A stretch of DNA of 64,000 nucleotides, taken from positions 448,001 through 512,000 of the forward strand of contig OY970359.1 of assembly GCA_963718665.1 (NCBI GenBank). The letters are read 5' to 3'. The position numbers and the translations under genes were made by a program. Below, in pieces: positions 50,087 through 58,824 of the stretch. The notes beneath the pieces were generated by a model that saw only the letters and a list, made by a program, of their open reading frames with translations, did no database searches and was not told the DNA's origin. How positions within the stretch are numbered: the first letter of the stretch is position 1; every line of letters begins with the position of its first letter. The DNA is from an uncultured Phycisphaerales bacterium. Its GTDB lineage: Bacteria; Planctomycetota; Phycisphaerae; Sedimentisphaerales; Anaerobacaceae.

Positions 50087-51808
50087 CTAAAACATAGACT
50101 TTAGCTTTGCTTCTAGAACTTCTGAATTTATCGGCTCATCATATCGCCATTCAACTAAAGTTACTCCCTCTGTGCAGCATTTTAGTTTTTTCTTTTGATC
50201 TCGCTTTTGGGTATGCTTAAAAGCTTCTTCTCCACCAAAAAAGTCGACCGGTTCATAGTGTTGTTTCCCTTGATATTCAAAAGCGAGTTTTTTCGATGGC
50301 ACGAAAACATCTAAATGTAGCGGCTTGAGCCATTCAGGGATTGCATGATGCTCGGCTTCGGGAAAAATTGTTTTTACTAAATTATAAAGTTGCATTTCTG
50401 AAACCCAACCCTCGCCAATTCTTGGAAGATTATGATTTCCACGCAGTAAGTTTTCTGCTTCCCTCTGTATTTCTTCGACGAGTTCTATAAAAATATTTTC
50501 GCGTTCTTCAGCTCCATCAATGCAGAAATTATTCCCGCTCATGTTGTTTCTTATTAAATCTGTTTCATAAAATATTTTCCCGTTGATTTTGTGGCTACGA
50601 CCGGTATATCGTATTCCTTTAGTCCCATAGTCAGATTTTTTAATTTCAGCCATAGATTTTACGGTAGTAAAGTCTGGCTCTTTCTTGCCCCATCGCCATA
50701 GGTTGTGTTCATATGCTTCTATCCCATTAAGATGAAGGCCTTTGTCTAAAATGAATCTTTGATAGTATGCAGGAGAATATGTTGTCCAAAGCCCCTTGTA
50801 TTCCTTGTCCTCGGGAGCTTCGATGATTCTGCAATACTGAACTTGGTCTGGATACCTATCGAATAGTCTGCCTTCAGGGGTTTTATCGTATTGGGACGAA
50901 AATGAATCAATAGTAACTGGAGTACTATCTCTCTGATATTTGCCATTCCACAAATAGACACCTTGGTGCCAGTCATGTTTTCTTTGTTCGATTAACTCTT
51001 CCATAGTTGGAGTGTTATCAACGAGAATATCAAGTGGCAACTTAAGTCCTGCTTCTCGATATTGTTCAAGTGCTTTATCGATACATTAACAATATTCCGA
51101 TAAATTAGAATTGACCAATTCATTCCGCGATGATTCGCTTCTGAAGTATAAGAGGTCCCTTCCTGTCAGGGGGATTTTAGCAAGACGTTTAAGATAGATT
51201 AGTTCATTGTTAAGTTCGCCATAAAATCTATCGCCAAGCGTATTATAATATTTATTCACCGCATCCTCATATTTTCCATTGGAAATTAGTTTACGAATTT
51301 TCTGGTATTCAGGAAGAAGCTCTTTGGGTCTTTTGGTAGCTTCTATTTGCCTCATAGTTGTATAATTAAACGAGTCAAGGTATCCTTCATTTCTAAGTTT
51401 TTCGTTCACTTTTGTCATATCCTGTTGGTATGTTTTCCAGTATTTATTATCTAAATAGTTTGCAAGCTCCTCTGAAGTTTTATCGGTTTCTATTTGTAGT
51501 CGCTCCGATGCTTTCCGGATGCGATCTTTCTTTGCATTGGAGTTATATGAATACTCGTAGCCTTCGCAGAGATATAAAATAAGCGAAAGAACCTCAGCCC
51601 CATATATCTTAGGATACGGCAAACCTCCAGCAATTTTATAAAAAGATGCCATCAAATCAATTTGTTCATTTGTAAAGGTGACGATATGCCATACATCCTC
51701 TCCCTCACCCCTAATTTCATGTTTATTAGCTAGCTTGGCAAGTTCAACTGCTTGCGGATATCGTTTACTTTTAGAAAAACCAAAGTGTATTTTATACAAA
51801 TCAGACAT
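50087..51808 (-). pseudogene. Protein with C-terminal Vsr/DUF559-like PD-(D/E)xK nuclease domain, interrupted by one in-frame TAA
   Basis: ORFs 51086..51808 and 50087..51040 are in the same frame: SNLSEYC*CIDKALEQYREAGLKLPLDIL. C-terminal LDVFVPSKKLAFEYQGKQHY...RDQKK. Confidence 0.7.
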
Positions 51809-51845
51809 TATGACTCAATCATATAAGATAGGGAGCGGTCTATCT

Positions 51846-52559
51846 TTATTCCCTTTTATCAACCTCGTCTCTCGTTTGTATTTTCCTTCCACCTTTGCGT
51901 TTAGAATGATTTATAATGTATTCATGCCGATACAACATATAGTTTATTCGATAAAACCGCGTGAAGACCTCAGATATATTGTTCAGCAAGTCTTCTATTT
52001 TGATATTAAGCGGCCATGACACTTGAATAGAACCGAAATCTTCATAAATGTCTTCCGCATCAATATCGTTTTCATTTTGTTGTATTGCAAATAATATGCT
52101 GTGTCGGGCTAATCTAAAAATATTACTACTTACCTTTTTTTTGGCTTGCAAAGCAAGACATGAAGGGAAATCAGGTATGGAGTTTTCTTCGAAAACAAAT
52201 TTTCCGTATTCGTTAAGTTCCAGAACATGTCTCCAAAATTCGTCAGGCATACGACTAATATGTTGCGGAAAGAGAAAAGCCGTTTCGATATTAAACTCAA
52301 TGTTCTGCCAATTATAAAAACGAAAACTATGTTGGAGCTTATTTGAGTGGATCTCTAAAATATCTCCACTACGGAATAACTCCCAGTTATCGCTGGGGGT
52401 TGTTCTACAGGCAATCTCGGTAAGAATATCAGCTATAGTATCAAGGTATGCCTTAAAAAGATCTGTATTGTTTACAGAGTTATCTTCTTGCTGAAAAGAT
52501 CTGAAATACTGGTCTATATTAGCCGCCCATTTAATAAGTTTGTTTGCGGAAAATTCCAT
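51846..52559 (-). CDS. Hypothetical protein (AT-rich island)
   Basis: ORF 51846..52586, likely start ATG 52559 after AGAGG; no motif recognised. Confidence 0.65.
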   Translation of the reverse strand: MEFSANKLIKWAANIDQYFRSFQQEDNSVNNTDLFKAYLDTIADILTEIACRTTPSDNWELFRSGDILEIHSNKLQHSFRFYNWQNIEFNIETAFLFPQHISRMPDEFWRHVLELNEYGKFVFEENSIPDFPSCLALQAKKKVSSNIFRLARHSILFAIQQNENDIDAEDIYEDFGSIQVSWPLNIKIEDLLNNISEVFTRFYRINYMLYRHEYIINHSKRKGGRKIQTRDEVDKRE

Positions 52560-52978
52560 ATAATAGCAACCTCTGTAATTCCTCAATACAACATCAAAAT
52601 AATTTAAGCGTAATTTAAGGTGCCAGATTTTCCCTCTGCTTCTTTCTCAACCGCTCCTTTTTCGCCCATACATTTTTAACTTTTGATTTGTTATTTTGAT
52701 TCTTGCCCGCCTTCGGCAGAAATTCGCTTCGATGTTGACTCCTGACGAGAATAGGGAAATTATAAGCTGAAACGGTGGAAAAAAGCAAAAGGAAAGGGAG
52801 AACGAATTGAAGCCCTCGACCCATTCGACTTCGCTCAGGGCAGGCAGTTGAGCAGCGTTAATCTGCGTTAATCAGCGTCTAAATATCCTTCGTGTGCCTT
52901 CTTTTTTCGTGGTAACTCCCTTAAATACAAGCACTTATAACAAAAACGCATAATTTTTCAAGAAAAGTTGTATTTGTC

Positions 52979-53006
52979 TTGACTTGCAGATATTGTTTGG
53001 TAAAAT
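52979..53006 (+). promoter_or_regulatory. Sigma70-type promoter upstream of the HNH-AP2 leader and IS
   Basis: TTGACT-N16-TAAAAT with extended -10 TG. Confidence 0.55.
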
Positions 53007-53118
53007 TCTAACCCGCTGGCAGACGCTGGCAGGAGGCAGGGATAGAAATCCCAAGTTTAGCGCCTTGTGCGCAAGGTAAATCAAACCAATTTTCGTTTTG
53101 TGTTTTGTTGTTTGATAT

Positions 53119-54161
53119 TGCTCTGTAGAAAAGATTGAAGCATAAGGTTTAGTCATGGCGATAAGTGTTAATAATAACAATAACTTAGGTTTCAGCCATA
53201 AACCGCGTTGGAAAGGATTCCACGATGGCCAAACACGGAGTTATGACCAAATCACCTGTTATGCTGGCAAAGCAGGCACTTCAGACAGCCACAACGGCAC
53301 TCTCGCCATATTCAGCCAATCGCTCACGCCACGATTTTACACAGGCACAGTTGTTCGCCATTTTGACTCTGCGACAGTTTTTTCAAACCGACTATCGTGG
53401 GATTGTACAGTTGCTGGCGGACTTCACGGACTTGAGAGCTGCGATTGGGTTGTCAAAAATTCCTCACTACACTACCCTTCAAAAAGCACAGCAACGTCTG
53501 CTAAAAAAAGGGCTTGGGACAAGCTGTTAGCCGCCATTTTCAGTATTGCCAGCCGCGATGGCTTAATCGAGGAACGCCCCGAGGCATCCATTGATTCGAC
53601 GGGGCTGGAAAGCCGGTTTGTCAGCCGACATTTTCTAATGCGTCAAGGCAAACATACCCAGCAATATCGCCGATGGACAAAACTTACGGTTGTCTGCCAC
53701 AATGCCAGCCATCTGATTGCTGCCGGCTTGGTCAGCACTGGTCCCAGCAATGATTGTTCCTACCTTATGCCGGCAGTTTCCCAGGCGGTAACTAATCTGC
53801 CTATAGACCGGCTTTTGGGTGATGCAGGATATGACGCAGAAGCCAACCATAAATTCTGTCGTCAGTATCTCGGCATCCGCTCGACGATTATCGCTATCAA
53901 CAACCGACGAGGTAAAAAAGGCGAGCTTACAGGCCATTACCGAAATCAAATGAAGAATAACTTCCCGAAACGTAAGTTTGGTCAGCGATGGCAAGTTGAG
54001 AGTGTTATGTCTCGCATGAAACGTCGTCTTGGCTACGCCCTTCGTAGCCGAACGAATGAATCTCGCAGTACCGAGTGCGTCATGAGAGTTCTGACCTACA
54101 ACCTGATGCTTCTCTATTTACTTTTCATAAAGAACTTTTAATTAAAGGTTTCTACAAAGCA
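53119..54161 (+). mobile_element. IS5-like (DDE) insertion sequence, 1043 bp
   Basis: Terminal IRs TGCTCTGTAGAAA (53119-53131) and TTTCTACAAAGCA (54149-54161), 12/13 match; flanks GTTTGATAT and GTTTGAGAT look like a 9-bp target duplication with one mismatch. Confidence 0.85.
53225..54141 (+). CDS. DDE transposase expressed by probable -1 frameshift
   Basis: OrfA 53225..53530 (DYRG, PHYTTLQKA) overlaps a -1 frame carrying IDSTG, GDAGYD, RWQVESVMSRMKRRLG; A7G slippery run at 53503-53510. Confidence 0.85.
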
Positions 54162-54310
54162 GTTTGAGATTTGAAACTTGGAATTTGGGATTTGTGGGTC
54201 CCCTGTTGCAAGCCGATGGAGCCGCCCCTGCCGTTTTGCAAAGCAAAACGAGACGCAGGGGTCTCCGCTACGCTTCGAGGATCTGCGCTATGCTACGAGA
54301 GGAGATAAGT

Positions 54311-54922
54311 ATGTTTACACAACTAACAATAAGGGTTCCCGTCTGCCTTGACCTAATTTTTGCATGGCCTGTATTGCTTTATCGCAAGGTAAAATACGGT
54401 CATCCATTTCGCAAGATTCCACTAGGCGAAGGGAGGTTCACGATTGTTGAGCCGGGGGATTTTTATCAGTTGAACAGGTTTAACTGGTGCGCGAAGGAAA
54501 ACGGGCCTCGAATTTACGCGGTGCGGTTAGTGGGCGATTCGAACAACAGGACAAAGATTATTTCGATGCACAGGGAAATAATGGGTGAGCCGGCGGGGAT
54601 GCTGGTTGACCATCACAATCGCAATACCTTAGACAACAGGAAAGAAAACCTTCGCTTGGCGACACATTCGCAGAACCAGTTCAATAAAGGAAAGACCACC
54701 AAAAAAACAACATCGCGGTTTATCGGGGTTTTCTTCGAGAAACAATCCGGCCGATGGGTAGCAAGAACCACAGTTGGGGGGAAAAGGATATGGCTTGGCA
54801 GATTCGATGATGAAACAGAAGCGGCGAAGGCATACGATGAGGCGGCGAAGAAATACCATGGGGAATTCGCACAGTTGAACTTCCCAAATCTCACCGCAGA
54901 GAACGCAGAGAACGCGGAGTAA
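54311..54922 (+). CDS. HNH endonuclease with C-terminal AP2 domain (copy 2)
   Basis: Start ATG 54311 after GAGGAG; MHREIM...VDHHNRNTLDNRKENL, SRFIGV...WLGRFDDETEAAKAYDEAAKKYHGEFAQLNFP; full-length paralog of 704..1297. Confidence 0.9.
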   Translation: MFTQLTIRVPVCLDLIFAWPVLLYRKVKYGHPFRKIPLGEGRFTIVEPGDFYQLNRFNWCAKENGPRIYAVRLVGDSNNRTKIISMHREIMGEPAGMLVDHHNRNTLDNRKENLRLATHSQNQFNKGKTTKKTTSRFIGVFFEKQSGRWVARTTVGGKRIWLGRFDDETEAAKAYDEAAKKYHGEFAQLNFPNLTAENAENAE

Positions 54923-55097
54923 AGTCGAATGTCCAATATCGAATACTAAATGTTGAAGTGAATTACGCAGCAATGCGCCGCCGTACCGGCGGCGGCTAAA
55001 CCCGCCGTGACACGGCGGGCTAAATACGGATACGGAAATGCACTACGAAAAACTGGACCCCAGATCGTAGTCTGGGGCTTCGCTGCGCTACGAGAAA

Positions 55098-56099
55098 TCA
55101 ATCCTTTTCGGACAGGTCGTCATTGTATTTACTACGATTGGCATTCCACCATTTTTGGGCCTGGTCGTAGTTGTCGAATTCCTGAGAGACGAGAAAATTA
55201 ATGGCAGATTTGACGCTGTCGCGGAAATCGGGATCAGAATCATTCAGGCCTGTGATGAGTATATCCATGGCAGCGGGACTGGAAGCATCGATGAGCGAAG
55301 AAACGGTGTCCTCTTTGACATCCTCGTACTGGCTGGTGATGCCTGCCCCAAGGACAGCCAGGCGAATATCGGGCACTTGCTGGTTGGCGGCCTGAATTGC
55401 GGCGTTGCGGACATCTTCGCTTTCATCTGCGAGGGCGTCAACAAGGACTTTGCCGACGGCAGGGTCGGTGACATTTTCGCAGGCCTCGATTGCGCTTTTG
55501 CGGATATCGGGTTCGGTGTCGTTAAGGGCTTTGGCTGCAACGTAAACAACATTGGGGTCGTTGATGTCATTCATTGAGATCGCTTCCATCGCAGCAGTGC
55601 GAACATCGAGGTCGTTATCATCGAGGGCTTTATAAACAAGAGCGGGTATCAATTCGGGATGGGCATCGGCGAAGTCGGAAATAAAATCCACTTTTTCTTC
55701 GGAGGTCTTGAGGGCATCGAATGGTTTCAAATCATCAGGTTCGGGCAGGGTCGGCTCTTTGGGCTGTTCGGCGGCAACGGGTGGTTCGGTTTTTTTCTGG
55801 TCATCGGCAACCGGCGGACTGACTTCTTTGGCGGGCACTTTGGCAACAGTGGTTGTTTTATTATCCACAACGGGTTCAGCAGGCGAGGCGACTGTATTTT
55901 GATTAACTTCAGCCGGCGGCGGCTGAATATTGGCGTCCTGTTTAGGCGGTTTATTCTCGCTCGATGCCGGCAAGGGATGCGTTGGGGACGATTTACTCTG
56001 TTGTTTCTTCGGACAGCCGACGGCGAAAACCACCGCCAAGGCGAGCGTTACCATCAACACAGTTTTAACAGCCATTTCAAACCTGAATATACGGTTCAT
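55098..56099 (-). CDS. Lipoprotein with Pro-rich linker and HEAT/PBS-lyase repeats
   Basis: Lipobox FAVGC, PEK-rich linker, repeated ALxDxxxDVR/IR units. Confidence 0.8.
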   Translation of the reverse strand: MNRIFRFEMAVKTVLMVTLALAVVFAVGCPKKQQSKSSPTHPLPASSENKPPKQDANIQPPPAEVNQNTVASPAEPVVDNKTTTVAKVPAKEVSPPVADDQKKTEPPVAAEQPKEPTLPEPDDLKPFDALKTSEEKVDFISDFADAHPELIPALVYKALDDNDLDVRTAAMEAISMNDINDPNVVYVAAKALNDTEPDIRKSAIEACENVTDPAVGKVLVDALADESEDVRNAAIQAANQQVPDIRLAVLGAGITSQYEDVKEDTVSSLIDASSPAAMDILITGLNDSDPDFRDSVKSAINFLVSQEFDNYDQAQKWWNANRSKYNDDLSEKD

Positions 56100-56587
56100 A
56101 TTTTATGCTCCTCAAAAAAAGTTCAGCCACCCGCATAGCGGCGGGCGAGGTCTCGCCAGAGGCGGACAGAGATATTATAGCCACAGAGCACACAGAGGCC
56201 ACAGAGAATTTAAAATTAGTCACCCCGCTTCGCCCACAGGGCGAAAATGGTGTTTGCGATGTCGGTGTTGTCGATATATAGGCCGCGGAGGTGGTCATTA
56301 TTTCTTTGCCCTGAGCGGGGGTCCGTCTTCGCCGAAACAGGCCTGTGAGGTGCCCTGTTTCGTGGTCGAATGATGACAAGTAAAAGAACCACCAGTTAAA
56401 ACTGGCAGTATTGAAATCGGAAGAATAAAATCAAGCCGAGCAATATGTTTCTAATCAGCATCTTCATATCCGAATGACGATTATAATAACAGGATATTAT
56501 ATTTACCAGCGGGGGCTTTTTTTTTGGCGTCGAAGACGTATAATCAGACCCGTCGGACATATCGGACTTGTCTGACAAGGAGTAATA

Positions 56588-57673
56588 ATGAGTTATTTTC
56601 GTGATAATATCGAGCAGATGAAGGGTTATGAGCCGGGGTTTCAGCCCCCCACTGCTTCGCTTTGCGAAGCAAACCGTGGGGGCAGGCCAACCACGGAGGT
56701 GGTAAAGCTCAACACCAATGAGAACCCTTACCCCCCTTCCCCGGAAGTTTTGAAGGTGATAGGGGAGATAAAGCCGGAGCAGTTGCGCAGGTATCCCGAC
56801 CCGACGGGAAGCGTATTTCGTGAGGCGGCGGCAAAAATCAACGGGGTAGAGCCGGACTGGATTATGATTTGCAACGGCGGGGACGAGCTGCTGAGTATGG
56901 CGTTTACCGCATTTTGCGACAAAAAGCGGCCGGTTGCGTATCCAGTGCCGACTTATTCGCTTTACCCGGTGCTAGCGCAAATACAGGGCTGCAAGGCAAT
57001 CGAGGTGCCCTTCGACGAGGAATTTAACCTGCCTTCAAAATTGGCGAGGACCAAAGCGGCTTTGACAATCGTATGCAATCCGAATGCGCCGAGCGGGACA
57101 CTTATAGAGGCCGAAGAGTTGGCGGAATTAGCGGCGGAGATAAAAGGTGTTTTGCTGATTGACGAGGCATACGTGGATTTCGCGGAGCAAAACTGCATTG
57201 AATTAGTCAAACAGTTCGATAACATAATTATACTTCGTACGCTGAGCAAAGGTTATTCACTGGCGGGATTGCGTTTCGGATACGCGATTGCGAAGCCGAC
57301 ATTGATAGAGGGACTGCTGAAGGTCAAGGATTCATACAACGAAGACGCGATAGCGATAGCGGCGGCGACAGCGGCAGTACAAGACCAGGAGTATTTCAAA
57401 GAAATAATCGCGAAGGTAAAGGAGGAACGCAAACGGCTGAGTGAGCAGTTGAGGGCGATTGGATTTACGCTGCCGGAAAGCTCGTCGAATTTCGTATTCG
57501 CGGAACACACAAAGCGCAAGGCGAAAAGTATTTTTGACAAACTTGTTGAGAAAAATATATATGTGCGATACTGGGATTTGCCAGGTATCGAGAATAAGCT
57601 GAGAATAAGCGTGGGGACAAGAGAACAGAATGATACGCTTTTGTCGGCGTTGAAAGAAATAGTATCCGCGTAA
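56588..57673 (+). CDS. hisC: Histidinol-phosphate aminotransferase
   Basis: KLNTNENPY, RYPD, NGGDE, CNPNAPSG, IDEAYVDF, RTLSKGYSLAGLRFGY; adjacent to hisB. Confidence 0.96.
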   Translation: MSYFRDNIEQMKGYEPGFQPPTASLCEANRGGRPTTEVVKLNTNENPYPPSPEVLKVIGEIKPEQLRRYPDPTGSVFREAAAKINGVEPDWIMICNGGDELLSMAFTAFCDKKRPVAYPVPTYSLYPVLAQIQGCKAIEVPFDEEFNLPSKLARTKAALTIVCNPNAPSGTLIEAEELAELAAEIKGVLLIDEAYVDFAEQNCIELVKQFDNIIILRTLSKGYSLAGLRFGYAIAKPTLIEGLLKVKDSYNEDAIAIAAATAAVQDQEYFKEIIAKVKEERKRLSEQLRAIGFTLPESSSNFVFAEHTKRKAKSIFDKLVEKNIYVRYWDLPGIENKLRISVGTREQNDTLLSALKEIVSA

Positions 57674-57684
57674 AGGACTATGCT

Positions 57685-58269
57685 ATGAAAAAACGAATGG
57701 CGAAAATACACAGGAAGACAAAAGAGACAGACGTCAATATCTCGCTGAATCTCGACGGAGCCGGTAAATATGAAATCGATACGGGCGTCGGGTTCCTCGA
57801 CCATATGCTCACGCACCTAAGCAAGCACAGCAAAATCGATACGACCATAAAGGCCAAAGGCGACCTCGACGTTGACAGTCATCACACCGTCGAGGACATC
57901 GGGCTTTGCTTAGGCGAGTGCCTTGACAATGCGCTGGGAGACAAGAAAGGCATAAACAGATACGGCAATAGTTCTGTGCCGATGGAAGATTCACTTGCGA
58001 ATGTGTCGATTGATTTGTCAGGCAGGCCGAGCTGCGTTTATAATGTGGAATACCGGACGAGCAAGATTGGCGATTTCGACGTGGAGTGCCTTGAGGAGAT
58101 GCTGCGGAGCTTTTCAAACTCGGGCAAATTCAACCTGCATATAAACATCCCCTACGGCACAAACGCACATCACACCGCGGAAGCGATATTCAAGGCGCTA
58201 GGCCAAGCATTGGGGGCGGCGGTTAAAATAACAGGTAAAGACATCCCCAGCACAAAGGGAACACTGTGA
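57685..58269 (+). CDS. hisB: Imidazoleglycerol-phosphate dehydratase
   Basis: RKTKETD, GFLDHML, HHTVED, NAHHTAEAIFKA, PSTKGTL. Confidence 0.97.
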   Translation: MKKRMAKIHRKTKETDVNISLNLDGAGKYEIDTGVGFLDHMLTHLSKHSKIDTTIKAKGDLDVDSHHTVEDIGLCLGECLDNALGDKKGINRYGNSSVPMEDSLANVSIDLSGRPSCVYNVEYRTSKIGDFDVECLEEMLRSFSNSGKFNLHINIPYGTNAHHTAEAIFKALGQALGAAVKITGKDIPSTKGTL

Positions 58270-58775
58270 TTGAACCAGAACCAATTGAGTTTCGAGCGGG
58301 GATAGGCACGGACATTCACCGCTTAGTCGAGGGCAGGAAGCTGATGCTGGGCGGGATACAGATTCCGCACCCGATGGGGTTGCTGGGACACAGCGACGGC
58401 GACGCGGTGCTGCACGCGGTGATAGACGCCCTGCTTGGGGCCGCTGGTCTGGGCGACATAGGGACATTTTTCCCCGACGCCGACCCCAAATGGAAAGACG
58501 CGGACAGCAAGGAACTGCTATTCATCGTCAAAGAAAAATTAGCTGAGAAGAAATGGGATATCATCAACGTCGATGTAACGATTCACGCGGAACAACCCCG
58601 GCTGGAACCATTCAAGGGACAAATCAAGCGGGTAATCGCGGGACTTTTGGGAATCGATTTCAACGCGGCAAACGTCAAGGCAAAAACGAATGAAGGACTT
58701 GGCGAGGTCGGCGAAGGCACAGCAATAGCGGCAACGGCGATAGCAATGCTGAGGAAGAAAATCAAAAGGGTATAA
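58266..58775 (+). CDS. ispF: 2-C-methyl-D-erythritol 2,4-cyclodiphosphate synthase
   Basis: GIGTDIHRL, GHSDGDAVLHAVIDALLGA, GDIG, NVKAKTNEGLG. Confidence 0.97.
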   Translation: MIEPEPIEFRAGIGTDIHRLVEGRKLMLGGIQIPHPMGLLGHSDGDAVLHAVIDALLGAAGLGDIGTFFPDADPKWKDADSKELLFIVKEKLAEKKWDIINVDVTIHAEQPRLEPFKGQIKRVIAGLLGIDFNAANVKAKTNEGLGEVGEGTAIAATAIAMLRKKIKRV

Positions 58776-58824
58776 GAAGCAATTTCGGATTGCAGAAAAG
58801 CGGATTTGAAATTAGGAATTGAAG

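Noticed and set aside
51086..51088. Stop-codon recoding or selenocysteine
   Set aside because: The codon is TAA, which is used as a normal stop by many genes in the window.
53155..53500. N-terminus of the 328-aa ORF as the real transposase start
   Set aside because: The transposase-like N-terminal motifs are in the overlapping frame 53225..53530; the long ORF only becomes transposase-like after the A7G run.
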